A stretch of DNA of 64,000 nucleotides from Parasitella parasitica NRRL 2501 (lineage: Eukaryota > Fungi > Mucoromycota), in assembly GCA_025201805.1 (NCBI GenBank), contig MU619373.1:1-64000 (forward strand). Direction: 5' to 3'. The notes under the pieces are model-generated. The model made no database searches and was not told the DNA's origin. It was given only the letters and a program-made list of their open reading frames with translations. The position numbers and the translations under genes are program-made. How positions within the stretch are numbered: position 1 is the first letter of the stretch; each line of letters begins with the position of its first letter. Of this stretch, positions 9,223 to 24,243 are shown in pieces.

Positions 9223-10816
9223 TTAAATTTTTACGTTCATACTATTTAGTTGCTCCTCAAACTGTTGCATGGCTTCGTCAAGGATAGAACTAAAATCAAA
9301 TGCTGATAAGAAGCGATCGCTTGTCTTCGATTTCTTGGCTAAGCTGTTTTCCTACAAAAGGAATCAATTCACCCTAATATAAGCATGCTACGCGATATGA
9401 GAGCTTACTTCAACTTTAATAGATCGTTTTTGTCCAGGAGGGCTTAAAATGGAGAGACTTTCATCACTACAGGCCGTACTTGCCGAAGCGTCCATATGAA
9501 CTGATACATTACTTGTAACATTTGTAGTAGAGGCTTCAGAAGTATGCTTTGTAGCAAGATAAGTAGGAAAGGTGGGTGATGGGCTACCAATAGCACCAGC
9601 ATTAGAAGAAGCAGGGGCTTTAGAGGAAGAAATACAGCCTTGTTGTTTCTTTCTCTTCGACCGCTGCTTTACTTTTGTTGGTGCTGAATTTGTTTTAGCA
9701 GCCTGGGGAACAGCCGTCTTCTTGGAAGATGTAAGGCTGCCCGGGGAAGGTTTTTTGGGGGAGTGACTTAAGGGGTGGCCTCCATTCCAGAGGCGATATA
9801 CCTGCATGGGCATGCTTTTCTTTGTAGGTTGGTAAAATATGTATGGTGTGTTATCTTTCTTTGCAGCCCATTCAGCAACCTCAGAAGCAACATAGTTATT
9901 CCAAACTAAAAATGCCTCGAGAGTTGAGCGACGGTTAACCTGATGGAATATGTGCTGGGCAATATCGACATTCTTATACAGAGTGTCCCAGCTTAACTCC
10001 TCGTGCGCAGAGGAACTGTAACAACGAATATCACCAGAATCCAAAGTGCTAATATAGACAACTTGGGGATTATCATAATTAACACCAGAAAACTGGTCTA
10101 ATACTCGATTGTATACATTGATAGCAGAATCATACACCATTACAATGTCGACGCTCGTTGCCTTTTTGATCGTGGTGATCTAGTGGAAAATCGTTGGTCA
10201 TCTTTACTGCTCCATACTAATACACCTACTGGTTTCGCGGCTTTTCTGATTTTAACTATGACGCCAAAAGTATCCCTTTTCACAGGATAAGATGTCAAAT
10301 GATCACAGTTAAGGTTGATGGCCTGAAGGATAGGAAGAAGTTTATTTTGTGATTGCAAATCATTGCACAAGATGGCCACATCCAAGTTCTGATTACACAA
10401 AAAAGATCAGAGTCAAGACAAGGGATGAGGTTTCATAAACTTACAATATTTAATTCCTGAATTTTTTTGAAAAAGCTACCAAGAAAACTTATTTTGCCAA
10501 TGGGTATTTGCGTATCAGAATAAGAAAAGATCCTCAATAGATCGCCAATACTCTGAATTCCCAAATACCCATTGAGTACGTTTGTGAATTGAGATTGATA
10601 GGTTTCCATCTGCTCAACCGAAGCCATAGTAGGAACACACTGTTGAGCGGGAATAGGAGATGGTAGAACTGTGATAGTTTTTGTACGTTTGTAGGACTTT
10701 TGAGTGGATTGGAAAGCTTTCAAGGTCTCTTCTTTGTTAAGCTCGCTGAACTCAACCTTAATAAGGCTGTCTACTGTCATAGATTCCATCTTGACCAAGT
10801 TTAACGAAGCTGTCAT
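9223..10816 (-). CDS. Hda2/Hda3-like domain protein, paralog B, ~476 aa with a low-complexity basic tail
   Basis: Exons 10816-10445, 10388-10230, 10179-9409 and 9351-9223 join in frame through GT-AG introns. Motifs IGKISFLGSFF, VDIVMVYDS, NPQVVYISTLDSGDIRC and FLVWNNYVASEVAEW are collinear with paralog A. Confidence 0.65.
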
Positions 10817-11079
10817 TTTTTGAAAAGCGTTCAAGAAATCAAGAAGGGAGTAAAATGTAAGAAAACAAATTTTTGTATTCATATAGGATTTCGGAACTAA
10901 TTGTCCGGCGGCTACTTGCGATTGAATCCCGGACTAGACTGTTACATTGCAGTAGTAAGATGACGACGAGTCGTTTGTCTATGGCATAAATATTTATTAC
11001 TTTCTGAGATATGATACAGGCTTTTACTAATTTACAACAAAGAAGCCTATATGCAAGAAAAAAAAAAAAAGAGATTTCA

Positions 11080-12082
11080 TTAAATAAGCATACTCTGAAT
11101 TCCTCTAGTCGTAGTACTTACCCTTCTACTAGCTTCTTCCAATTCTTCTTCTGTGACACAATGGCTTTTATCGTTTGAAGGGATTTCATAGACACCACCT
11201 AAAATGAGGTAAGGGCCATAAGCGAATTCTTTCAAATCTCCCATTTGAGTAACACCAGACAACACAAGGACTGGATCGATTTCAGATGTGATGCCTGCAA
11301 CAATATCAGTATCCATGCGGTCACCGATAATACATGTTTCTAATCTGCTTAAGCCTAGCACACGTTGGGCATAACGCATAATCAATGCAGATGGTTTACC
11401 ACAGTAGAAAGCTTGTGTCTTGGTGACTAGTTCAATGGAAGCAGCAAAAGCACCAGTGGAGGGGATCTTGCGACCTTGAGAATCTAATGTTTCAACATCC
11501 AAGTTGGTGGCAATCAACTTTGCACCTTGTTGAACCAATTGAACGGCTTTGGTGATTTTTTCAAAATTAATAGCAGCTGTTTCACCCAAGACAACGTAAT
11601 CAGGATTGTGATCATTCATGTAGAATCCCTTTTCGTAAAGGGCATAGGCAAGCCCAGGTTCACCAATGACATAGCAAGTGCCGCCATTAGGCATTTGAGA
11701 CTCCAAAAAGAGAGCAGTAGCTTGTCCACAAGTAAAGAAATGATCAGCACCAACATCAATACCGAGACGATGCAACTTTTGCTGCAACTCTTGAGGAGTA
11801 GGAGCAGAATTATTGGTCAAAAAGAGGTACTTCTTGTTGTTGTCTTGCAAAAATTGGACCAATTCCTTGGCTCCAGGTAAGAGATTGGCTCCCTATTAAC
11901 CACTATTTAGTATCCTACGCACTTATTTGACATGCCAAATAATTGCTAACGTGATAAATGACACCATCCATATCGATAATGTAGCCCTTCTTTTGACGGA
12001 TGGCTTCAAGTCTTTCAATATGAAGAACAGGGTCCTTCAAGAGGGCCCATTCTCTAGATAAGTGTTCACCTTGTTGCTGCAT
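11080..12082 (-). CDS. HAD-superfamily subfamily IIA hydrolase (NagD/Pho13-like phosphatase)
   Basis: IIDMDGVIYH motif I, FLTNNS, CGKPS, IIGDRMDTDI, LVLSGVT; intron 11893-11950. Confidence 0.93.
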
Positions 12083-12815
12083 TTTGATTCTTCAAATAAG
12101 TATATACGTTTGAGGAAAAGAAAGACATTTTCGATACTTATTTATATTCTTTACTCGAGGTCAACATCAGAATCAATGACGTTTAGATGTGATTTTTAGT
12201 GCTTTGAGAATACAAACGCAGCACATCCATTTATTTCATTTTACCTTTGTTTCAACGCCGCCTTTTGAGTGAACCAATATGTCAACCAAAAGCACATTCC
12301 TAATAGAAGACCGACATTGATAAGGTATGGCTTTATCTAGCTGAGATTGATCTTTCAGCAGAAAATGATGTAGAAAATGTCTTTGAGGGTACTATCGTTT
12401 TTACTAAAAAGGTTTAACTTTATTCAAAATGACGTTGTGTACATTTACAATGATTTTTCTGTGTTATACAAAGTCGGGTACATTGGATACGTATGTGATA
12501 TTCTGTCAAATCATCATTTTACTAACTAATAATTGGGTCTAAACGTTGGTGCACAAATCAATATTATCTGCTTCTAGCTTAAAATATAACTCCTAATATG
12601 CTGGCTAAATTCAATTGATAAGTAAAGATTACCTAGTGCTTCAAAGTCTGTAAATATCAAGTTTGTTGCTTTTTTTATTATTTTACAAAAAACGACAGTT
12701 TACTCCACGTCTTGTGTTATTCATTTTGCGAAATACCCATGAAAAGCATGTGCACGCTTTAATATGAGACTGGAACAGATTTACTAAATCTGTATTGCAG
12801 TTATAATACTTGAAA

Positions 12816-13372
12816 TCAGTTATCCTCGAAATCAATGCGGTCTAGCTCCTCTTGTTCTTCATGTGTTAATTCTAGTGATTTCCCTCCTAACATTTGTCTC
12901 AACTTTGAGGTGTGTTTTGGCACAACGATCTTGAGCTTATCTGAAAATTCTTTAAACTGAGAGAAAGAAAAAAAAATGAGCGATCCAGTTTTCTCTTATT
13001 TTGGTGAATACTAACGTTTCTGACATCTAACCACCATCCAACAGCAGTTGCTAATAAACCTGCGCCTCCAAATGCTAATAGTGTACCATAACCCAATGTT
13101 TTGAATGCAAACAACGAAGCATCTTTCTTGGCAATAGCATACTGGGCAGGTGTCATCTTAGGCGGTATATAAGGTTGGGGCGTGCGATGAGGAGTTGGTG
13201 CAGTTGGAACTACACCTTGAGCAATTTCTTGTTGCATTCGCTGATTTTGTTTTCTTCTTGTATACCAAATAGCACCTAGGAGACCTGCTCCAAATGCACC
13301 TCCTGCTGCTGTCAACAATTCCGCTGTAGGTGGTGGAGTATTTGTGTCTTGTTTCTCGGGTTGCTTACTCAT
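12816..13372 (-). CDS. TMEM242/Aim11-like mitochondrial membrane protein
   Basis: Two Gly/Ala-rich TM segments and AFKTLGYGTLLAFGG...DVRN|FKEFSDKLK; intron 12957-13015. Confidence 0.7.
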
Positions 13373-14172
13373 AGAAAAAAAAGCAGTTTTATCGAGACCC
13401 TTTTTGATACAATTTTTGATAGAATGAACTGGTAAAAGGAAGCAGTCCACCCATACCTTGAATGTCAAGATCCCCCCTCCGTTGTCCTTGACCCTCAACC
13501 CCTTTTTGCCCGCCTCCTCTAAAAACCTCACGTCTCACAAACAATGAAGTATTTGATTGGGTCCTTGCTAGAAACAGATATTTGAATCTGTGTGTAGGTC
13601 TCCTTTCTTTGAATGTCTGGATTGAATTCGTAGGTGCTAGATGACATTGGTGTAGATATATCCTTGAAAACAAGTTTAGACGCTTTGGGAAAGAAGCACG
13701 AATCCTGTCCAAATGACTTGCTTTTCAATAGGAAATTGGCATTTATACTATGATGCGGAACCGTTGTCTCAACAGAGAGTTTATCAAAGAAAACAAGGAG
13801 CCAGATTTGTTTGGGGGCTAAAAATATGTTGAATATTCTAGAACTTCAACTGTTTTGAATCGTTTCAAGCCATGCATATACATTTATTGAAATTCGTTGA
13901 TGAAAAATAAATAAAGAAAGTGTATACCATTTGTATAAACCAAATTCAATTGAATTCACTATGTTTGCTTGAAACCAACAAATGCATAGCTGTAGTGTCA
14001 AATGTTAAAATAAGGCTCTTTTTGAGAAATGTAAAATACGTTCAAATCCGAATATTTGGGATGTATCTACGCAACCCGCCTTTGTATATAGGGTTTAAAA
14101 TAAAATATTCTTCTACTGGTTGTCTTCTCAATATGCAATGTAAGGCTTTGCTTGAATTTAAATTTACTTGCG

Positions 14173-14788
14173 TTAATATGAATAGTTGGTGTATTGAGAA
14201 GGAGAGCTATTTGTAGATGTAGTAGTTAAAGAAGACTTAGATATAGATGCGCAAGCAAATGAAGATTTTGAGTGTCTATGGATGCGGATATGTTGATTCA
14301 AGTTATCTGATCTAGAAAAGCACTTGTTGCAGCTTTGATATGGGCATTTGAAAGCTGATAATAATATTTATATATACGTTAGACCATATTACTTTGTAGC
14401 AATTGCTCTACTTACGTTTTTCCGTAGTATGAATAGATCGAATGTGTCTTTTTAAATGCTCAGATCGCTTGAATACTTTTCCACATCCATCTATTTCACA
14501 GGCGAACATCCGAATACCATGATTAGGTATATTCGAGACTCGACGCCCACGAGTTCGAGCCATTGTTTGTTGCTGGGGCTGCTGTTGTGGCAATGGAGTG
14601 TTGGGCGGAGAAAATACTGATTGAAGAGGCTGTTGTTGACGTGCTGGAGGAGGCAAGCATTGGGTGTAGATATCCGTGTGCCAATGTTGATAATCATAAT
14701 AATAATTCAATTTTTCTTGTTCATTAGTACTGCTGTTATGGATTATTGGTAATGTTAATAATTCTTGAAATGTGAACCTTGTATTCAT
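14173..14788 (-). CDS. Two-finger C2H2 transcription factor (Msn2/4-like fingers)
   Basis: [53 protein letters not shown]; intron 14355-14415. Confidence 0.9.
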
Positions 14789-15310
14789 AATCAACAAAGA
14801 GAAAAAAAAAGAATGCTGATCTGCATTGTCAGCTTTGTCTTTTATACAAGGTATAATTTCAAATGTAACTTGCGTTTCATTTCAAATGCACAAAATTACT
14901 AAACCGGGACGCCGGGATTCGAACAGAAATCTAAAATGTCCATAGAAACGCATCTTCCATTTCCTTCTACACTTGTTCTATGGCAAAATGTGCGTCATTC
15001 AAAGAAATCAGCTATTTCCTCATTGGTGAGGCCGATTAAAACAGAGGGTTTTCTTTATTTCATACAAACCCAAGCGGCTGTTGTTTTTATCTCTTTTCTC
15101 CTTTTTTCTCTTCTGTTCATTTTTCATAACTATAAAAGTCCTTATTTTATATTTACTATATAACTTTTGAATGAACTGAATCAGCAGTTTTATTAAAGAT
15201 ACCACAGCAAAATCCGTCATTTTTACAAAAAAATCCTTTTTTTTTTTTTTTTTATGAAAGAACATTTCTTTTGTTAAGATCTTTTTTTAGCATTCTGGGA
15301 TAATCTTGTT

Positions 15311-15344
<34 letters not shown>

Positions 15345-15358
15345 TTAAGACCATTATT

Positions 15359-17305
<1,947 letters not shown>

Positions 17306-17724
17306 TTTTTATTTCTTTACATTAAAAAAATTTATACACACGCAAGGGGAAAAAGAACACTTTAGAAGATTTCAGAAGATTAAGGAATCTAAAAACAAAA
17401 AAAAAGTTGGACGGAAACACTCTTTTTCAGTCGCATCGCTATACTCTAGAATGTCTCCTTTTGGTGCAAATGTACACACGAACACATACGCAGAACAACA
17501 ATATCCATGTCCCCTATTTTCTTGATCGAAAACAACATACACACTTTCTCCTTGATTGATTTATGCACCGTATTTTATTATTTTTTTTATATGTAATCCA
17601 TTCCTCCACAATTTGAAAAATATTGTAAATTTCTCTTCATTATCTAATAGCAGCAGTTTTACATAGTATATATTATTTGGCATGTAAACAATAAAATCAT
17701 TTCAATTGTATACTATTACTATTA

Positions 17725-18288
17725 CTAAAGAGAACACAAAAAATCGCCTAAACCACTGCCACTACTGCTGCTTGGCTTTTGCTGTTGTTGCTGCTTGGAC
17801 AATAACGCCTTTAGATTGTTCTTTTTACCCTTGTTTTTCTTCTTTCTCGATAAAGGGTCTGCTATGGGAGAAATGTTACTGCTAGATGTGGGGTCTATCA
17901 TGGGCTCTTGCTGCTTAACAAGCTTAGGCATCTTTTTCTTGATGGAACCATGATATAAACTTGTGCTACCGCAGGTCAAGCATGTCGATTTTATCTTATT
18001 TTTAGATTGTGATTTCTTAGCAGCCTTTTTGCTGTTGTTTTTGGGATATTGTTGGATGATTTCAACTCGATGGTTGAGACCAGATATATTGATTTGTCCG
18101 CAGCTTTTACAGCATAGTCGAGCAATCGTTTTATGTGCTGATACCTCATATTCTGCCAAAGTGTTTTGAAATTCATTCATATAGTATCGGCTAAGCGATG
18201 GACATTGGCTAAACAAGGTATGGCCAGCCTCAAATAAAAAATCTAAACGATTTGTTTGTTGGTTTGTTTGTAAGCTACTGCTTGCCAT
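17725..18288 (-). CDS. RNase P/MRP subunit Rpr2/Rpp21/Snm1 family
   Basis: RLDFLFEA...LSRYY, CCKSCG and TCLTCG zinc ribbon, basic C-terminus. Confidence 0.82.
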   Translation of the reverse strand: MASSSLQTNQQTNRLDFLFEAGHTLFSQCPSLSRYYMNEFQNTLAEYEVSAHKTIARLCCKSCGQINISGLNHRVEIIQQYPKNNSKKAAKKSQSKNKIKSTCLTCGSTSLYHGSIKKKMPKLVKQQEPMIDPTSSSNISPIADPLSRKKKNKGKKNNLKALLSKQQQQQKPSSSSGSGLGDFLCSL

Positions 18289-19799
18289 GTTGAAAACGAG
18301 AGAAAAATTATTCTGAAAAAAGAAAAAACATTTCGCTGTTATGAGCGGGAAAGAACAAAGCATATCAAATCGAAAGCCACAAGCATACGACCACCTATAT
18401 ATAGATGAAACCTGTTTAAGCTTCACAGCTCGACAGGTTTGGATCAAAACAGATTATAATATTTTCAAAATAGTGCTAAATCACTTTTGGAAATTTACAA
18501 TATGTCCAAGAAGACAAATGCATTCATTATATGCTGCAGTAAGTGGAATGGTGATGAAATTTCATAAATTGTGATTTTCAAACTAGGTTATACAGTTGAA
18601 ATGAATATCTCAGATATTTTGCTTTCCTTTATATCTTGGGTTACGCCGTGAAAACTAAGTAGGCCATCATTAAACACACAGAAGCAATATATTAACTATT
18701 ATCCAAAGGATTATAATGATGCGATATGCTAATAGATGGGAAGAAAATGTAATATTTTTCAACATCAATTCAATCCTCTCCAGGGCTTCAGTATATTAGG
18801 GACGGATATGCTGCAAATTGTTATTGTGGTAATAAACTATAAACCGGAGGAGTGAAGTAAAGAATAATAGCCAAGTGATCCTCACAATCATATATAAAAG
18901 AAGTTGGCATCAATAATTTTTCTATTTTAATTTTCAAGACTGTACTTGAGATGCCTTGTGGCTACTTCTTTCTCCCTCACGATGTATTCCTCCAAAGGTG
19001 AACGGAACAATAATTCTTCCTTGAGTTAGAATCTTTGAAAGATCTTGTAGATGTGAGAAAAAGAAGCGAGGTAAAGCATCCAGCAACGATTTGTATTTAC
19101 AAATGATCACAATAATGTTGAATAAACTTTAGGCTACACAGATGCTTATCCTACAGCTACCGCACATTAGACTTTATATAGAACCGAAGTAATAATATTT
19201 TATAATTTTCTCAAGCAATATTATAGTTAGTTATGAGTATTCCAATATATTAGAGACCGATTAACTTTCTCAAATTTGAAGATACAGTATCTTATGCTGT
19301 TCTTTTTACAATTGCCAAATATGTAAATATGGAACAATTTGATTTTATAATTTTACCGGTAAAATAAATAATACGATTCTCTAGTTCACCGAGTCAAATA
19401 TCCAGGGCAAATACTTTCAAGAGCTGAAATTCAGGGGAATTCCTTCATCGACATCACCTTTTAAATTTTAATTTAATTAATGATATTTTACATAAGTATA
19501 TGACATAAACATTCTTGTACCGAATAACAGTTTGAGAATGAAACGAAGAACATACATCATGTAAATGCAATATCTTGGTTTTATTTGACATATTCCGAAC
19601 TTCAACAGAGCCATTCATAAGAGTAACACGAATTTTTCCTCATGCTTGGTTGCAATAAAAGCAAATAGCTATACGAAGTATACGAAGGAACCATAAATCA
19701 TCAATCATAAATCATATAAAACCATAGAAGATGGTATTGATAGTTTCCTTCTTTTCATTATACAAATCATATCATCTATCAATATTACCCATTTTTTTT

Positions 19800-21013
19800 A
19801 TGCCTCCCAAGAATACTTCCTCTGCCAATAGTCCCACTGGCGAAAGAGGCCCTATTGAGGAAGCTGAAGCAAGAATCCAGGAGTAACATCAAATTTGAAG
19901 CGAAGAAATTAGCCAGCGACAATCAGTCGCTCCAGTAGCTCAATATCAGGAAACAAACATTAAACGTGGACGTCCATTGCTGGATGGTACATACACACTT
20001 GATTTCATGTTATTTTTCAAAACTTTGCTAAGCTATTGAAAATTTAGAGGTTATACGACAGTTTTGCCATTATCAATCTTATTTCCCATTTACTGTAGGA
20101 GACCCTCTTGGTTTTCTTTGGAGAGCTTGTCACTCAAATTAAGCTGACAAAACCAACTCGCGGTAGTGCTAATGTTCCTATTCAAGTTGGCCTTGAAAAT
20201 AGTAAAGATCTTCTCTCCATGCGATAATGAAAGTCCACTGAAATTTTCTATACAGTTGAACATCGATCTAATATCTTAGGTTAATTTAGTGATGGAGAAT
20301 GCCTCTTCAAACGAAGCAGGAACTCGTAGGCTTGTACAAGTCCTTATCGATAATAAGTTCGCTAACCAATACAAGAAAGTACTATCCCCCTTGCAAAAAT
20401 ACCAATCGATGAACCAAGGACGCAAATATACTTGGCCACAACCAACCAATACAAAGGAAATCCAAAGGCTGATCAAACAGCATAAGGCACACCTGACCTA
20501 TGACAAGCAAAGTATCAATAGAAATAGACTTGGGCAGTGTATGGTTCGGGATTTATATAAATCTTCGGATCTAAGTAGAATGCTGAAGACAATATGGAAG
20601 AATGGCACAATTCGAGAACAATTCACTATTTCGGCCAGACACTATTTGATCTTACAAGACCGAGACATCCGAAGCTTGAATTTATCAGATATGTTCACAA
20701 CAATTATGGATCGAGAATAACATCGTGGTACCCAGCAAGATGTTACCATTATCTTCCATATACGAACCTGCAAATCATTGGATCATGGCGTATCCAAGTT
20801 TACTTGCACTATTTGTCATAAGGACATTTACCGATGCCCTGTGATTGCATTGGCATTTTATTTATTCTCACTTTTGCAGATAATTTATAACTGAAAACCA
20901 CCCAAACTTATATCAGCTTCTTACATTTATATTATTATAGAATGGTGGTGGCCGCCTCGTTCGCGAATAGAGGTGGGATAATTACAAGGTCGTTTCAGGC
21001 ACAGTTAATCCTT
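19800..21013 (+). mobile_element. Degenerate Crypton-like (Ndc10-domain-II/tyrosine recombinase-related) transposon gene
   Basis: REQFTISARHYLILQDRDIRSLNLSDMF, an in-frame TAA at 20718-20720, then ...CHKDIYRCPVIALAFYLF; further stops upstream. Confidence 0.72.
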
Positions 21014-22337
21014 AGGTTTCATCAAATTTGGCTCAAGAATGTAATGTTGCAGCTTCACCCAGTTTTGGATCAATTGCCAATTAAATCCTTATTTTTAATA
21101 TGCTGTGTGCTTTAACTTTGGGCAATTGTGTATTAATATGAGCGGGATTGCTTGTGTAATTGCATCTGACAAAGTGTACTTGAAAAATGACAGTAGTAAT
21201 GATTTTGAAGGAGGTTTTTAAGCTCCAAAAACCGATTGACTTTAGTATTATTGAGTTTTGTAGCTTCTGACGGTTTACAATAAAGATGCTTTATTTTTGC
21301 ACCATGTAATGATGGCACCTCGCTATAAGCGGGAGCTGAATAATATTTTGATCATGATGGCAGGTCTGCTGTTGATGTTAAGCTAGTCATCCAGCATTGA
21401 TTATTGTAGATCTTCTGTCAGAATCACGCTAAAGTTGCATAAAAATGGGCAATATACCTGAAGTTGACGTCTCTAATGTAAACAATAATATTTTGAAAAA
21501 AATAAATAATTGGGGCAAAAATGATATGAAGTTGACCTGAGGAACATTGTCGCTTTGCCATAAATTCTATCACTATATAAAACGAATATATTATTTAAAT
21601 GAGTGAAGGCATGTTATCAAAATAAAGCTTCAATACATATAGATTATATGTATATACGGAACGAGAATACTTTGGTATGAAATTACATTCACATGAACAG
21701 ATTCTAATTGGAATGAAGAGCCGTATTTTATCATCTGGGTTCAATGTCTTCCATAGATACAGGCTTATCTACGCCGTATCGCAAGAATTCTGTATGAATG
21801 TTATTCACATGGGAAATGCAAAATTAAGGCGAAGTAATCACAGAGGGTTCTATGTGATAATGACAGCATTAAACCCTTTATTGAGATTGTGGACAAATTT
21901 TGCCATTGCCAGCTCTACAGGTGATTGTTGGGGTTAGATGCTACATATGTATTCATCGCCGTTTTGTCTATGTAAAAGGGCTAAGCTTGATCGCTTCACT
22001 ACACATATCTTATCTTTTTAATTAAAGTCATTATGTGAAGAGTATAGCGTCGTGTAGGTATATAACACCACGTTCGACATGTCAACATAAGTTTGGCAAG
22101 TATAGCTTGTTAAATCAAATTTGTTTTCACTGGGGTCAAAAAAGAATGTCTATGTAAGAAGCCGTTTTTGTAGTGAATGTATGATCTCAGTTGATCATTA
22201 GGACGTCCACGTGTAGTAATACAAAAGTAAATACTGCAACAATAATAAAAGATACATGGGGCAAGATAAATATATATGTACAATTTAATTGTGGAAAAGC
22301 ATCAAGAATAAATAATCAAAGAGGGGGATATATTCTG

Positions 22338-22799
22338 TTATAGTACTCTGGTGGACATAGAATATTGGTTACTGTCTAATCCAACGATGCCGTGTCGCAA
22401 TATTCGATTCACTGCAGGATCATTTGATTCGTCTTCGTCTTCTTGCGCAAAAGCAGTAGAAAACGAAGCTCCAAATTCCAATTGATGAGGTTGCATTACC
22501 CTTGATAGGCGATACTTTACGCCCAGGTAGCTTAGGTAGTTGGCTTTAGGGAACACACGCACTCGCTTAACACCTGGAAACAATCTGTCTTCAATATCCA
22601 CAAAAGTGCCACCTAAACCGAGCGTCTGTTCCAATTTGTGTTGGTTGACGCTGGCAAATGGAACCCATTTTGTATTGATAAACACAAGCCAAGTAAAGTT
22701 ATCGCCTATCTGGCGAACAGAGGCTGATCGATTGTCAACAGATTGCTGTGATGAGTGTTCATGATGGTAGGGATAATCACGAAGATTACTGATTGTCAT
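22338..22799 (-). CDS. Small WWE-like domain protein
   Basis: FTWLVFINTKWVPFASVNQHKLEQ shows the W..W..F......LE pattern; intronless, 153 aa. Confidence 0.6.
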   Translation of the reverse strand: MTISNLRDYPYHHEHSSQQSVDNRSASVRQIGDNFTWLVFINTKWVPFASVNQHKLEQTLGLGGTFVDIEDRLFPGVKRVRVFPKANYLSYLGVKYRLSRVMQPHQLEFGASFSTAFAQEDEDESNDPAVNRILRHGIVGLDSNQYSMSTRVL

Positions 22800-24243
22800 T
22801 GTATATATGTACAACAAGTGTGTGTATAAGATAATTGATTTGTGCCTTTGGGTGGTGAGTAAGGTGGTATAAAGATGGATGGGAAAAAGTGAAAGAAGAA
22901 GAAAATATTTACACTTCTCCTTCTTTTCTCTTGTTCTCATATGCTTGTGCCATCTTCATTATATGTAGTACAAGTTGGTTATCTTTTGGAGGAAACCACA
23001 GACAAATTACATATGTAGCTTCTGCTACACAATATGTACAATCAACCTATCCCCTGTGTACGTGGTAATATTAGGCGATAAATAAATGTTTTCAATTGCT
23101 CTTCTTGAACATAGAAAAATATGTAGCCATTGTTGGTTTTTTTAGTTTAGCAACGCTACACAACCTCTGCTTCTCAACTGTACCAAAGGTGTTTCGTATC
23201 AATGTGCGATTATATGACATCTTTGTAGATGCACGTATTTTAATTTTATAACTTTGAGTACTAGATTGATAAAGTTTAACGAATGATGTTTCGTAGTATT
23301 GTGAAGATCTTGATTCAAGATATTCTAGAAAACAATCATCCCTATCTAGCATCATCTGACGAATTCGGGGGGGGGGGTTTTCAGTAATGTAACATAGATA
23401 AGGTTGTCAAAATATACAATGCCTTCCTTACAAACTGCCATATGTCGCTATCTCGAGTCAATTATTTGTGATAGTCTATTATTTAACAAAGAATGGCCTT
23501 AAAGCAATGAAAAATTAAACGCGTAATTTTGACAAAAGAAGTATGATCTAACTTTATTACTTTTGTTTTTTGTATTTGTGAACATCGAAACCTAAATTGT
23601 ATTGACTCCAACTGATAAAATACATAGAACGATTTTTCAAATCATTCTATCTCAGGATGTTTATACTAGTCTTTTGTTTTAAACAATACTATTAATTTCG
23701 TAAGTTGCCATACAATGAGGAATAATCAGGCAGGCTTAAATGAGGCAATTTTTTTTAGAAAATATCAAACAGTGCGCATTGTACCTTTATGGCCTTAAAC
23801 ACTCAAATGACAAGCTTGATTGTTTTGTCTACAGATATTTTGTACATTTAATCAAAATATGCTAAATTTTTAGCATCTTACATGGATGGAGCGCGCTACA
23901 AACAGCAGCAGGAGGTTGATCTAGATAATACGTTGCTCTCAATGTGAGAATCCAGGAACCTAAATATGCGCAAATGGTAACCATGGACACAAAGAGAAAC
24001 ACTTGCACTTTGATTTGATTGGTTTCACTGGGTTATTGAATCCCAGTATAATGAAGCGGAAAAAAAAGAGTGCCATTATTGCCTTTCTCTTTACTGTAGA
24101 CAAACAAATTACAAGTATACGGCCTGACGCATAATGCCTGTCTTTCAACAGTCGCGACGGACGTTTGGGAAAAAAAGCGTATTACCAACAGCATACAGCG
24201 ACGACGCAATCAACCTAGGTAGGCTATACTCTTGATCTTTGCA

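Noticed and set aside
10138-10142. Second apparent TAATG stop-start overlap between ORFs 10140-10400 and 9388-10140
   Set aside because: A 50-nt GTAGGT...CTAG intron (10229-10180) joins the frames into ...KP|ITTIKKATSVDIVMVYD, so the overlap is coincidental.
10903-10937. GTCCGG...CCGGAC-TAG as a Helitron 3' end bounding the gene cluster
   Set aside because: The stem is only 6 bp with a 20-nt loop, there is no spacer before CTAG, and no 5' TC end was identified.
13389-13890. Overlapping short minus-strand ORFs upstream of the TMEM242-like gene
   Set aside because: Probably a frameshifted gene remnant; no family is recognisable.
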